This document shows, one piece after another, positions 23,617 through 32,661 of a stretch of 64,000 bases of DNA. The notes beneath the pieces are model-generated. The model ran no database searches, was not told the origin of the DNA, and was given only the letters and a program-made list of their open reading frames with translations. Source of the DNA: a virus; the IMG/VR virus record IMGVR_UViG_3300025679_000001, positions 1-64,000 of that record; one strand, 5' to 3'. Numbering within the stretch: position 1 is the stretch's first letter; every line of letters starts with the position of its first letter. Position numbers and translations under genes: made by a program.

Positions 23617-23964
23617 TTAGTTGGAGCTAGGAGGCGCGCCCTCTTTAGAAGGCAATCCTATAGCTTTAACCTGCGGTATGTTTAACACACAAGCCTCGTT
23701 GGTGTCAACCGTCTTGAACAAGACTTTTGCGTCACTGTCTGTCAAGAACACTATGACGGTGATTCCGTTCTGGCTGGAGACCAGGAGAGGTACCCATCCT
23801 AGGTCCTTGTACGTCTGGTCGGTAAAGTTCGGGTAGCAAGTGACTGGGGTTTTAAGGAGCTTCATCTTCGGGGCAGGTCCTGGAACCTTAGGGATGAGCC
23901 CGTCAGCTAGGGCGAAGGGTGACGCGCACAGCGAGAGGACGAGGAAGGCGACGAGTCGTTTCAT
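23617..23964 (-). CDS. secreted protein, unknown function
   Basis: 115-aa ORF with the signal peptide MKRLVAFLVLSLCASPFALA. Confidence 0.5.
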   Translation of the reverse strand: MKRLVAFLVLSLCASPFALADGLIPKVPGPAPKMKLLKTPVTCYPNFTDQTYKDLGWVPLLVSSQNGITVIVFLTDSDAKVLFKTVDTNEACVLNIPQVKAIGLPSKEGAPPSSN

Positions 23965-24698
23965 TGTTGTTCTACTCCAGCGAGAAAAAGATCTCTTGCA
24001 TCTGCTAGCTTATCTATCATGTCGTCGGTCCTCTCGCGGACGTGAATCGTGGGTGTCTCGTCGTCGACGTTGGCCATCACTATCACCAGCAGGTCGTGAA
24101 GGTGACCGGTCCGCTCGTGGATCATGACAGAGTAGCCGGCGGTCTGCGTGAAGTAGTCGTCGATCTCCTCGATCGCCTTGGGGTAGGAGCTCGTCTTGAA
24201 GTCAACTATCGCCTTCCTGCCCTTCCAAACAGCCGGAAGGTCGCACGTCCCTGCTAGCATGAGCTCGTCGGAGTACAGCATGGTCTCGGACCCGTTCACG
24301 ACGTCTAGTCCCTCTAGGGCTTTTACTCCGGCCCTGAAGTAGTCGAGCTCGCGCCTAGTGTCGAGCCTCTCCGGGACTTCCCTTCCTAGGACGTAGTCCT
24401 CCATCATCAGGTGAAGGTGGTTACCGCGCTTGAGTCCCCAGCCGGAGTAGTACTTAGCCTGCTCCTCGCCGACCGCTCTCCTCCAAGTGGCGAGTTCCGG
24501 CTTCCAGCCAGAACCGAGCACCGTCGTGATCGACGGGTAGAGAGCCCCGCCCGGAGTCCTGTAGAATCGTGGACCAGGAGCGTCGACGCGAACGGCCGGC
24601 TCCCCGTAGTCGTAAAGGTCGAGAGGAAAACTACGTAACCCCGGAGTTGTCCTTGGCGAGAAGGTAATCCTTGACGATCGAGGATCTAATGATGTCAT
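23961..24698 (-). CDS. PD-(D/E)XK-fold nuclease
   Basis: 245-aa ORF. LAGTCDL...AIVDFKTS is the D...(D/E)xK core. The start is uncertain: ATG 24698 overlaps phoH by 68 nt and no other in-frame start was seen. Confidence 0.5.
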   Translation of the reverse strand: MTSLDPRSSRITFSPRTTPGLRSFPLDLYDYGEPAVRVDAPGPRFYRTPGGALYPSITTVLGSGWKPELATWRRAVGEEQAKYYSGWGLKRGNHLHLMMEDYVLGREVPERLDTRRELDYFRAGVKALEGLDVVNGSETMLYSDELMLAGTCDLPAVWKGRKAIVDFKTSSYPKAIEEIDDYFTQTAGYSVMIHERTGHLHDLLVIVMANVDDETPTIHVRERTDDMIDKLADARDLFLAGVEQQ

Positions 24699-25320
24699 CT
24701 GCTTCCATCTCTATCATAGCGAACTGGTCTGGCATCTTCTTCAAGATGGTGAGAAACTTTCTCATGCCCTCGCGCTCCTGGTCTCGCGTCAAGTCGGACT
24801 GCTTGTAGTCCCCGCAGAATATGAGCCTCGAGTTGGTTCCGGTCCTAGTGATCAAGGAATCTAGCTCGTGGAGCGACCAGTTCTGCGTCTCGTCCACGAA
24901 TATCACGCTGTTCCTGAGAGTTAAACCGCGCAGGAAGGAAGAAGTGCTGAACTCGACCGAGTGACTCTTCTTCAGGAGCTCGTACGCGTCCCCGCGGTCG
25001 AACATCTCGGAGAAGATCCCTGCGTAGGGAATCTCGTAGGTCGCGGTCTTCTCAGCGATCCCTCCCGGCAGGAAGCCCATGTCTCTCGTCGGCACCGCCG
25101 ACCGGTAGATGACGAGTTGGTCCTGATCTTTAGCAAAGACCGACATCATGCCGAGTGCGCAGGCCAGGTACGTTTTCCCTGTCCCGGCGAATCCCGATAT
25201 GACTATATGTTGGTCGTTCTTGTAGGCTTCTATGACCCGCTTCTGGTTGGGGGTCTGTGGTTCAAGCTTGTTCATAATAAGTCCCGCCTTCTGGGGTGCG
25301 GGTACTTTGGACTTGGACAA
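24631..25320 (-). CDS. phoH: PhoH-like ATPase
   Basis: 229-aa ORF with a TTG start behind GGAGA. Walker A GFAGTGKTYLA, VIFVDETQN, SRLIFCGDYKQSD. Confidence 0.85.
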   Translation of the reverse strand: MSKSKVPAPQKAGLIMNKLEPQTPNQKRVIEAYKNDQHIVISGFAGTGKTYLACALGMMSVFAKDQDQLVIYRSAVPTRDMGFLPGGIAEKTATYEIPYAGIFSEMFDRGDAYELLKKSHSVEFSTSSFLRGLTLRNSVIFVDETQNWSLHELDSLITRTGTNSRLIFCGDYKQSDLTRDQEREGMRKFLTILKKMPDQFAMIEMEADDIIRSSIVKDYLLAKDNSGVT

Positions 25321-25328
25321 GGCGTCTC

Positions 25329-25616
25329 CTATGCGTTGGTTTTACCGTACTGATCATAATTAGATAGGACCCCATAGCCCATCGGCCCTGAGGGATCGTG
25401 CTGCTTGTCAGGAACGCAGTTCTTGTTCCAGAGGTTCATGTATCGCATGAACAGGATCGCCTTGTCGCTGGCGCGAAACATCGCGTTGCCTATGTCACTG
25501 ATCGGAACCGGGAAGATCTCATTGTGTTGTGTACGGTACCACAGCGCTCCGTCACGATAGTACTCGAAAGTTACTCGCTTGTTGTCTTTTACTGCTCGCT
25601 TGACGTCGATCATCAT
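25329..25616 (-). CDS. hypothetical protein
   Basis: 95-aa ORF in the operon. Confidence 0.5.
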   Translation of the reverse strand: MMIDVKRAVKDNKRVTFEYYRDGALWYRTQHNEIFPVPISDIGNAMFRASDKAILFMRYMNLWNKNCVPDKQHDPSGPMGYGVLSNYDQYGKTNA

Positions 25617-25832
25617 TTACTCTCCCGAATCAGGTGGTGGTGTGTACGAGACTTCATAGGCCAAGATCATCCTCGCTTGCTTTAGCATCCCGAGCATGAA
25701 CTCATCAGCCTGGTCCGACCTGTGCATGATTCGGTCCCACATACTCTCGCGGTTATGCTCATACCACTCGCGCATGAGCTCGGCTTGAATGTCACCGTTA
25801 GAAGTTGGGTCTGTTGAGTATGGAGGGTTCAT
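25617..25832 (-). CDS. hypothetical protein
   Basis: Trimmed to ATG 25832 (MNPPYSTDPTSNG), ATGA-coupled. The longer track version overlaps a better ORF. Confidence 0.45.
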   Translation of the reverse strand: MNPPYSTDPTSNGDIQAELMREWYEHNRESMWDRIMHRSDQADEFMLGMLKQARMILAYEVSYTPPPDSGE

Positions 25833-26050
25833 TCTATCGTGTTCCCCTTGTAGAAACCTTTCATCCGGTTGAGCACGCGCTCGAAACCAGGGTCCCTCTT
25901 CTTTATGGCCATCGGATCGATAAGGTGCACCGGGACGAGGACGTGTTCCTTGGTCGGGTTCTCTACGAGATACTCCTGCAGCTCGTCCCAGGACATCCAC
26001 AGTTCCTTGGCCTTCTTGGTTTTCTTGTCCTGGACGGTGTAGACTGGCAC
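25829..26050 (-). CDS. hypothetical protein
   Basis: 73-aa ORF. Confidence 0.5.
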   Translation of the reverse strand: MPVYTVQDKKTKKAKELWMSWDELQEYLVENPTKEHVLVPVHLIDPMAIKKRDPGFERVLNRMKGFYKGNTIE

Positions 26051-26250
26051 TAGTCTACACTCGACTCTATGATCTCGTAGCCGCCCTCGTCAAAGATCTC
26101 AGTGAACGTCTGTTTCTCGAAGAACCCGTAGCTTATCTGAAGCTCGATAGCTTCTTTAATCGCGGCGATAGCTTTCCCTTGAGTGCTGAACACTCGGTTG
26201 TGATTGAAGCCTACGTCCCACTCGCCTTCTTGAACGCGGTACACCATCAT
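26050..26250 (-). CDS. hypothetical protein
   Basis: 66-aa ORF, coupled to both neighbours. Confidence 0.5.
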   Translation of the reverse strand: MMVYRVQEGEWDVGFNHNRVFSTQGKAIAAIKEAIELQISYGFFEKQTFTEIFDEGGYEIIESSVD

Positions 26251-26669
26251 GACAATAGGTCCGGGAACGCCTTCTTGACCACGGCCTTGGTGAGACCCTG
26301 GTACGGAGAAGTCTTGTCCTTCATGTGTATGATCAGGTTGGCGTCACCGGGGACGAGGTCCTCAATAAGTTGCTGGAACATCAGCTCGCGCTTCCCCTGC
26401 TTGAGGTTCGGGTTCCCGCCCTCGACGTAGTGGTAGAACTTCCTCACCTCGCGAAAGAGCACCGACGGGTCGGCGTCGTTTGACGTGGTGAACGACGGGG
26501 CGCCGGGAGGGAGGAGGAACTTCGAGTCGTCGAACATGTACTTGAGGACTGCTCTGAGGGGGACGGCATACCGCTCCGGAAAGTTCTGAAGGAAGCCTAT
26601 GCGCTCCTTGTCAGTGTCGTAGTTCTGGATCAGAGAGAGAACGGTGGATAGTGCCTGTGGTGCTGCCAT
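26247..26669 (-). CDS. hypothetical protein
   Basis: 140-aa ORF. Confidence 0.5.
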   Translation of the reverse strand: MAAPQALSTVLSLIQNYDTDKERIGFLQNFPERYAVPLRAVLKYMFDDSKFLLPPGAPSFTTSNDADPSVLFREVRKFYHYVEGGNPNLKQGKRELMFQQLIEDLVPGDANLIIHMKDKTSPYQGLTKAVVKKAFPDLLS

Positions 26670-26682
26670 TAGAGTGGTGTCC

Positions 26683-27573
26683 TCATGATACGAATTCCTG
26701 TATGTCTTGCATTAAGTTTCTGAGACCAGCTTCCACGAAGTATGCTTGGACGCTAGCCCTAGTGTTGGTCGTCGGTCTGCTGTATTTATCCACGATGTCG
26801 GCGACGATGTCGTCCGGAACCTGCTTGAGGTCCACGAGGATCTCGTTTCGCTCCCAGTTCTTCTTCTTCTCGGGAGTGTCTAGGAAGGTGTTCCCGGCGT
26901 CGACGAGCCACTTCGCCTCGTTCACCTGGGTGATGGGCTTCTGTCTCTTCTCCTTCACAACCAGCGTGTCGTCGTCGGAGAGGTAGTTGGGAACGCCGTC
27001 GCCGACGTCGCCGCAAATGATCTTAGAGCGCAGGTGCGTCCCGGGAACGCCGGTGATCCAGCGCTTCCTGATGTGGTCCCACTGGTGAACGCCCTCGCCG
27101 TGGAGCTGTACGAAGTCGTGGTCCCCGGAGACGATGAGGATAGGTTTCGGCCTGTTGAAGATGTCGACCGGGCGATTGCGCTCGTAGTGGACGATGGCCC
27201 CGATGACATCGTCGGCCTCGGCCCTGTCGTTGAATATCGTCGTGTACGGCATGTACGTCTGGATCTCGACCCTGATCTTCTCGAGCGTGGCGAATATCAT
27301 TCCCCAGTCGAGGGCTGACTCGTCCCTGGCCTTTTTCCTGACAGCCTTGTAGTAGGGAAAGTAGTCCCTGCGCCAGACGTTGCGGCCGTCGCAGCAGATC
27401 ACCATCTCACCGTACTCCTTGGTGAACTTCTGTCGTATGGATTTGATCGTGCTGAGGACCATGTGGCGGAGTAGGCCCTCAGACAGGTCAGAGGCGTCAG
27501 AGCCGTTCGAGGTTCCGACCATGAGGTTGGCTATCATCACTGGCTGAAGGTCAAGAAGGATCATGCCGGCCAC
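26683..27573 (-). CDS. rnh: RNase H / FEN-type 5'-3' exonuclease
   Basis: 296-aa ORF. WRRDYFPYYKAVRKKARDESALDW, YMPYTTIFNDRAEADDVIG, VSGDHDFVQLH and the C-terminus YFVEAGL...IQEF align along the length of T4 Rnh. Confidence 0.85.
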   Translation of the reverse strand: MAGMILLDLQPVMIANLMVGTSNGSDASDLSEGLLRHMVLSTIKSIRQKFTKEYGEMVICCDGRNVWRRDYFPYYKAVRKKARDESALDWGMIFATLEKIRVEIQTYMPYTTIFNDRAEADDVIGAIVHYERNRPVDIFNRPKPILIVSGDHDFVQLHGEGVHQWDHIRKRWITGVPGTHLRSKIICGDVGDGVPNYLSDDDTLVVKEKRQKPITQVNEAKWLVDAGNTFLDTPEKKKNWERNEILVDLKQVPDDIVADIVDKYSRPTTNTRASVQAYFVEAGLRNLMQDIQEFVS

Positions 27574-28166
27574 CCGTTCATGAGTTGCTTGTAACCCCTA
27601 ATGACGCCGTGCATACACATGTGGTGAATGTCCTCTACTACTTCGTAACAGTCGGAGGCCGCCCAGATTTGGTCGAGGTGATGCTCCATCGCAGTTCCTA
27701 TGTCTTCTGGTCCCGTGACCATTTCCTTGACTGAGTTGTTGAACGCGAAGCCAGTCATAGTGAGGACCTTCATTTTAGTTTTCAGTGCACGAAGAACTGC
27801 TAGGATTATGTTCTGTGAGTTTCCAGACGAACTGATAGCTATCAGGATGTCGTCCTTAGAAGCGCTGTAGTACTTGAGCTGGTTGCTGAACATCCTATCG
27901 TGTCCAGTATCGTTAGCCGTCGCAGTCATGATAGGAGTGTTGTCTGAGAGACAGATCACCAGCGGTTTCTTATGAGAAGTGCCATCCCAAGCTGCTTTCA
28001 TCAGGTCCCCTGCAAAGTGTGAGGCGATGGCTGACGAGCCTCCGTTCCCGATGACGAACACTTTTCCGCCGTTGTTAGCACACTCGTCGATGTACTTTGG
28101 CCAGCGCTCTATCCCCACGGTGTGGGAAGTCTCTATAGCCTTAGCCAGCTCTTCGAAATGGTTCAT
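27561..28166 (-). CDS. SIS-domain sugar-phosphate isomerase (GmhA-like)
   Basis: 201-aa ORF. VFVIGNGGSSAIASHFAGDL and DILIAISSSGNS are SIS / phosphoheptose isomerase motifs. Confidence 0.7.
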   Translation of the reverse strand: MNHFEELAKAIETSHTVGIERWPKYIDECANNGGKVFVIGNGGSSAIASHFAGDLMKAAWDGTSHKKPLVICLSDNTPIMTATANDTGHDRMFSNQLKYYSASKDDILIAISSSGNSQNIILAVLRALKTKMKVLTMTGFAFNNSVKEMVTGPEDIGTAMEHHLDQIWAASDCYEVVEDIHHMCMHGVIRGYKQLMNGWPA

Positions 28167-29158
28167 ATCGTCACGTACCCTTTCTGCACGAATGACGTCC
28201 CAGACGACACTGGAACGTGCACTGCTCTCACATCTTTTAATGCCGTCACCAGCGAAGGTACACTGTGCGGTTCAGTAACAAACATCATGTAGCCGGCCAT
28301 GCCTGCCCCGAGCAGCTTTCCCCCGATCACTCCGGGAACAGCGCAACCGATGCTGTATATTTCGTCTATCAGGGCGTTGGACACCTTGGATGAAAAGTTC
28401 TTCTTGATCTCCCAAGCCTCAGCCATCGCTCTTTTAAGAATTCGGGGCCCGTCGACTTCTAACTGCGACGCAGCGAACCCAAGTTGGGCCAGCTCCACTA
28501 AGCGCTTGAGCTCCTTCACTTGTCGCTCGGCGTTAGCCGACTGTTCCTTGAGTATTACTGACGAGTCCCTGGTGCCGCCGATATAGAAGAGTTGGATCCT
28601 GTTGTCCCCGATGAGCCAGGACCTATCGATCCTTTTAGATTTTACCTCGATGTTCATACTAGTCGTACTCACCTTGAACTGGTGAAAGTTGAGGCCTCCT
28701 CCAGCGCAGGCCTGGGCATGGTCTTGGTAACCGCACCAGGAGCCGGTAGACCTCTCGATCTCAAAGTTGTCTTCGGCCCTGAACTCGTATGTCGTTTTTT
28801 TAATAGCATTACGGAGCGCCATGACCCACGCAGCCGAAGATCCTAGACCAGTACCTTTCGTAGGAACATCATCGAAGAACCTGATGTGATCAAACAGTAG
28901 TCTAGCGCTACCATACTTGAGAACAGCTTGGGTGAGTTCAGTATCGACGAAAGGGTCTATCATAAGTTTTGACGCTAAGCCCTCAACGTAGTTCCTCTTC
29001 ACCACACAGTAGATGTACTTGTCAATGGACGTCGAAAGACATGCGCCCTCTCCATTTGCATAGATAAAGTCTGGGATGTCGGTACCACCGCCGATGATCG
29101 AAGCCCTGAGGGGAACCTTGACCATGAAGATGTCGCTAGACGGTGATGTGCTTGTCAT
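28163..29158 (-). CDS. GHMP-family sugar kinase (HddA-like)
   Basis: 331-aa ORF with an AGGAG RBS. RASIIGGGTD and PTKGTGLGSSAAWVMAL are GHMP motifs I and II. KLLGAGMAGYMMF is motif III. Confidence 0.7.
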   Translation of the reverse strand: MTSTSPSSDIFMVKVPLRASIIGGGTDIPDFIYANGEGACLSTSIDKYIYCVVKRNYVEGLASKLMIDPFVDTELTQAVLKYGSARLLFDHIRFFDDVPTKGTGLGSSAAWVMALRNAIKKTTYEFRAEDNFEIERSTGSWCGYQDHAQACAGGGLNFHQFKVSTTSMNIEVKSKRIDRSWLIGDNRIQLFYIGGTRDSSVILKEQSANAERQVKELKRLVELAQLGFAASQLEVDGPRILKRAMAEAWEIKKNFSSKVSNALIDEIYSIGCAVPGVIGGKLLGAGMAGYMMFVTEPHSVPSLVTALKDVRAVHVPVSSGTSFVQKGYVTI

Positions 29159-30092
29159 GAAGAATCTCCTTCAGAAAGTTGTTCCACTGCTCGCCGCGAG
29201 ACTCCCACGAGAATCGAGTTCCGGCGTCCGAGGCGATCTTTTTTCTTAAGTGGTTCATCGTGTCCCCGCTCATCTCCTTGATCGTGTCCATGAAGGTCAG
29301 AAGGTGTCGAGTGAAGAGGTTGGCGTGGTCCAAAGGGTCCTCCATATACTGGTAGGTCTTGGACAAGCCGAAGCCAGTCTCGTAGAGGCACCCGTAGTTC
29401 GAGTGGATGCACACCAGCCCGGCGGACATCGCCTCCATGAGAGCGCGACATCCGGTCTCCGGCCACGTGCACGGGTAGGCGAAGCAGTGGGTCTTAGTAA
29501 GGGCTTCCCTCACGACCGAGTTCGGCACGGCACCGTGAAACGTCATGTTAGGGTGCTCGTCGATGAACTTGAAGAGGGGCTTGTAGGGCTCGTCCCTCTG
29601 CTCCCACCCGTAGATCGAGAAGCTGGAGAAGACGTCAAGGTGGACGTTAGGGTAGACCTTCGAGAGGGCGTCGAACGCTCCCACCAGGACGTTCAGGCCT
29701 CGGTGAGGGGTGGTATGATAGACGAACCTGATCTGACCGGACCAGTCAAGCGCTTCTGGCTTCGGGAAAGGGTCAACAGCGTTCGGTAGGACGACGCACT
29801 TCGACCAAGGGATGTTGAACTTCTGGATGAACCTCTGCATCTGCCAGTTGGAGACGAACACGATCCTCTCGAACTTCTTCCAGCCACCGTCGGCCAGGTG
29901 GTTCATCTCCGGGTCGTCCTCGGTGTCGTGCACCCAGTAGATCGGGATCAGTCCGTCCTTTAGTCCGCGAAAGCGGGAGGGGATGACTTGGAACTTCGTC
30001 AGGACGTTCGTGTCAAGGCGCGACTCGAGCTCTCCCATCGACAGCTCAGTGCCACCCTTCGAGTTGGCGTTCACTTCGTTGCGGTCGATCAT
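29136..30092 (-). CDS. glycosyltransferase (GT4-like)
   Basis: Trimmed to ATG 30092 (MIDRNEVN), ATGA-coupled. PCTWPETGCRALMEAMSAGLVCI is the GT-B C-terminal motif. Confidence 0.55.
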   Translation of the reverse strand: MIDRNEVNANSKGGTELSMGELESRLDTNVLTKFQVIPSRFRGLKDGLIPIYWVHDTEDDPEMNHLADGGWKKFERIVFVSNWQMQRFIQKFNIPWSKCVVLPNAVDPFPKPEALDWSGQIRFVYHTTPHRGLNVLVGAFDALSKVYPNVHLDVFSSFSIYGWEQRDEPYKPLFKFIDEHPNMTFHGAVPNSVVREALTKTHCFAYPCTWPETGCRALMEAMSAGLVCIHSNYGCLYETGFGLSKTYQYMEDPLDHANLFTRHLLTFMDTIKEMSGDTMNHLRKKIASDAGTRFSWESRGEQWNNFLKEILHDKHITV

Positions 30093-30874
30093 ACTATTGC
30101 CAGCTTTCTGTTCCTGATAAACTCGTTCATGTAACCCAGCGCTTGGGCGTGGTCCCTGCACTTGAATATGTTGTATGAGTGGAAGGCGTACTCCATGTCT
30201 TCGTCGTTACCGTAGAGGCCGAACCCGTCGCCGAAGTAGTACGAGATGTTCATGTCCGGCTCGATGCAATGGAAAGCGTGGTTCTTCTGTGTCCCGTTCA
30301 TGGCGATGTCTATTCCGGTCTCTCCACCGACGTAAAAGATGTGGTTCGGGTAAGACTCCCTGAGGCGCTTGACGATCTTCTCGCGCTCGTGATTCTCTTT
30401 GTCGTACTCGATATAAGCCGCCCTCTGCTCCGGGGTGTACGCCTTCCCGAGGACGCTGAAGGAGGCGTACCTACCCAGCGAGTGCATTACCATGTGAGGT
30501 TCAGTCTTCTCGGTGAATCCCGAGTCGGCCGCTATGGAGCTGAGTTCGTCGACCAGTCCCTCCCACTTGATAGCTTCGGCGTCAGTGGTCTCCTCGTCCT
30601 CGACGAGCTGCCCGTCGACCATGCTGTGAAGCCTAGACGCGAGGCCCGTAAAGATCCCGTCGATAGTATAAAATTCATAATCCTCGTTATAGTGGAGGAG
30701 GTCGTGCTTCTCAAATACCGTCTCGAAGTTGCTGGCAGTGACGATGTAGACCTTAGCGTTAAAGAGGTGCTTGAACAGCCCGAGAGTATAAAGCGTGGAG
30801 TCGGATATAGCTTTACCCGGCTCGCACAGCGTACCGTCGAGGTCGAAGAAGAAGTGTGGGCCATTATTGTTCAT
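30089..30874 (-). CDS. HAD-IIB phosphatase / phosphomannomutase-like protein
   Basis: 261-aa ORF. FFFDLDGTL motif I. The C-terminus VGGETGIDIAM..GTQKNHAF....YYFGDGFGLYGNDEDM resembles eukaryotic-type PMM (GG...D....G.DK....FFGD...GGNDYE). Confidence 0.55.
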   Translation of the reverse strand: MNNNGPHFFFDLDGTLCEPGKAISDSTLYTLGLFKHLFNAKVYIVTASNFETVFEKHDLLHYNEDYEFYTIDGIFTGLASRLHSMVDGQLVEDEETTDAEAIKWEGLVDELSSIAADSGFTEKTEPHMVMHSLGRYASFSVLGKAYTPEQRAAYIEYDKENHEREKIVKRLRESYPNHIFYVGGETGIDIAMNGTQKNHAFHCIEPDMNISYYFGDGFGLYGNDEDMEYAFHSYNIFKCRDHAQALGYMNEFIRNRKLAIV

Positions 30875-31107
30875 AGGTGCGGCTCCCTAGAAAAGTACTC
30901 GACGCACTCGTCGAACCCTCCGACGCGGCGGTCGCCGACGAAGAACTGCGGGACAGTCTTAACTTCCGGGAAGCGCTTCTTGAGCTCGGCGAGGTTCTCT
31001 ATGTCCTCCTCGACGTTCACCTCGGTGTAGGTGACACCGGTGTTGGCCAGCATCTCCTTGAGCCTCGAGCACCACAAGCAGTTGTTCTTGGTGTAGAGAG
31101 TGTTCAT
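30871..31107 (-). CDS. glutaredoxin/NrdC-like thiol-disulfide oxidoreductase
   Basis: Trimmed to ATG 31107 (TAATG overlap). LYTKNNCLWCSRLKEML...VPQFFVGDRRVGGFDE is the glutaredoxin CxxC fold signature. Confidence 0.75.
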   Translation of the reverse strand: MNTLYTKNNCLWCSRLKEMLANTGVTYTEVNVEEDIENLAELKKRFPEVKTVPQFFVGDRRVGGFDECVEYFSREPHL

Positions 31108-31328
31108 TAGTTCTTGTCCGCCTTTATCCACACTGCGCTCGCCGGGGTCCACGTTCCGTCTATCTTTACGCGGCACCCTCCGCGCCAGCTCCACTCAGTC
31201 TCCCTAGGCTCCCAGGTGATTGCGCAGTTCGGTTTATTAGTGAGCATGACAACACTGTAAACAAACCCACCAGCGAAAATGGCTACTGCCAATATGATGG
31301 CAGCAAAGATAAAAAGTTCGTCTCGCAT
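31107..31328 (-). CDS. small membrane protein
   Basis: 73-aa ORF with the TM helix LFIFAAIILAVAIFAGGFVYSVVML. Confidence 0.45.
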   Translation of the reverse strand: MRDELFIFAAIILAVAIFAGGFVYSVVMLTNKPNCAITWEPRETEWSWRGGCRVKIDGTWTPASAVWIKADKN

Positions 31329-31397
31329 AAAACCTCCATGAAGTTAGTGGGAAGGGGCCGTGATGGTCCCTTCCCGTCGGTGCTGTTGGTATTAAAA

Positions 31398-31577
31398 CTA
31401 TAGGAAGTACTTCCCGTTCTCGAACTTCACGGCAAGACCCTTCTGGCGCAGGCGGTAGATTGCTGACGCTGGGTCGGTGACGCCGATCTTGGTGGACCTG
31501 ATCTGGGCGGCGCTCAATTGCTTGCCGTTCTGCAGGTTGCTGATCAAGCGTTGTGTGTTCTTGGAGATTGTCCTCAT
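31398..31577 (-). CDS. small winged-HTH-like DNA-binding protein (59 aa)
   Basis: Own translation: MRTISKNTQRLISNLQNGKQLSAAQIRSTKIGVTDPASAIYRLRQKGLAVKFENGKYFL. Preferred over the Arg/His-rich 129-aa track ORF 31237..31626 in another frame. Confidence 0.45.
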   Translation of the reverse strand: MRTISKNTQRLISNLQNGKQLSAAQIRSTKIGVTDPASAIYRLRQKGLAVKFENGKYFL

Positions 31578-31626
31578 TATAATACTCTTTCTTGTTAGCC
31601 CTGGCCATCCAGGAGCATAGTGTCAT

Positions 31627-31655
31627 TTCTTAACCATGACACAATGAATTGTAAA
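31627..31655 (-). promoter_or_regulatory. possible promoter TTTACA-N17-TAAGAA
   Basis: TTTACA at 31655..31650, directly after the RuvC-like stop. 17-nt spacer. Confidence 0.35.
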
Positions 31656-32192
31656 CTACGCTCCAGAAACTTTTTTAGCGCAGAGAAAGTATGCGTCCAC
31701 GATGTCCGACGCCGGGTTCCACTGATTCTCGGAACAGTTTAACTTCTTTCTCACGGAGAAGTTTGTCTGCTCCTCGAAAGCTTCGTTCATCCTGGCCTTG
31801 TCAGCGTTACCCTTCCCAGTGGCGAACTTCTTGAGAGCCGTAGGGGCTATCGTGTCGAAACTGATTCTCCTCTGGTACATCTTGTGCTTGAGGAGCCCAG
31901 TGTTCTCACCGATGTGGAACACCTGGCCCTTCGCCCCGAACGCGTAATCCTCTACGAGGACGAGGTCGGACGACAGCAGTAGTTTAACAAAGTGCTCGGA
32001 GATCAGGTCGAACCTCTGCTCTGGTGACGTCCAGTCAGGCATCTCGGTCCCTATCACGTTCCCGAACTTGCCGATGAACTTCTTCTGGGACGTGAGGTAG
32101 TAGACCTCGCAGGACTCAAAAGCTAGCGAGTCTTTTCCCGCGATACACATCGCTGGCGAGGTCATCGAGTAATCGATGCCAACGAACCTCAT
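31656..32192 (-). CDS. RuvC-like Holliday junction resolvase
   Basis: 178-aa ORF. MRFVGIDYSMTSPAM (first catalytic Asp), LVLVEDYAF (Glu), and the C-terminal SDIVDAYFL (Asp) follow the phage RuvC pattern. Confidence 0.6.
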   Translation of the reverse strand: MRFVGIDYSMTSPAMCIAGKDSLAFESCEVYYLTSQKKFIGKFGNVIGTEMPDWTSPEQRFDLISEHFVKLLLSSDLVLVEDYAFGAKGQVFHIGENTGLLKHKMYQRRISFDTIAPTALKKFATGKGNADKARMNEAFEEQTNFSVRKKLNCSENQWNPASDIVDAYFLCAKKVSGA

Positions 32193-32213
32193 GATATGTA
32201 ATAATCCATGCCT

Positions 32214-32221
32214 TATTTATA
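32214..32221 (-). promoter_or_regulatory. T4-type late promoter box TATAAATA
   Basis: Exact TATAAATA on the coding strand in the intergenic region, 22 nt upstream of ATG 32192. Embedded in the CCATG...CATGG palindrome. Confidence 0.4.
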
Positions 32222-32300
32222 GTCATGGATTAGTGCAATCTTATCCTGTCTTGATCTTGACGTGGCCGAAGTGAAGGTTCTTGCCGTCGGACCATGCTCT

Positions 32301-32654
32301 CTAGGGAGTCTTGAATTCGTAGAAGTGACCGTGGTCTACGTTGTTCCGAAGATTCTTCCTGTCGATGTCCTTCTCGAGAATCGCGCCTATAGTCCCAGAA
32401 TCAACACTATAACTGCATCGGTTCTGATCAAGATAACCGCCGTCACCGTACGCAGTATGGAACTCGGCGAAACGCCTTCCATCTGCGAGTCGGAACGGTC
32501 CTTCAGGCCAGAACTCGCCCTGATAATTCTCGGACATGACGAGTTCACACACTTCTTTCCATACGTCGTGCATGACGTAGCAGAGATCGCCGATCCAGTA
32601 CGTTCCGACTGGCATGTTGGCGTTAGTAACGTTGTCCTTGTTAAATGACATCAC
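32301..32654 (-). CDS. hypothetical protein
   Basis: 117-aa ORF. Confidence 0.5.
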   Translation of the reverse strand: MMSFNKDNVTNANMPVGTYWIGDLCYVMHDVWKEVCELVMSENYQGEFWPEGPFRLADGRRFAEFHTAYGDGGYLDQNRCSYSVDSGTIGAILEKDIDRKNLRNNVDHGHFYEFKTP

Positions 32655-32661
32655 AACACAC

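Noticed and set aside
31237-31626. 129-aa ORF from the track.
   Set aside because: It is His/Arg/Cys/Pro-rich and overlaps the 73-aa membrane-protein gene. Another frame yields a clean 59-aa HTH-like protein with a plausible RBS (31398..31577).
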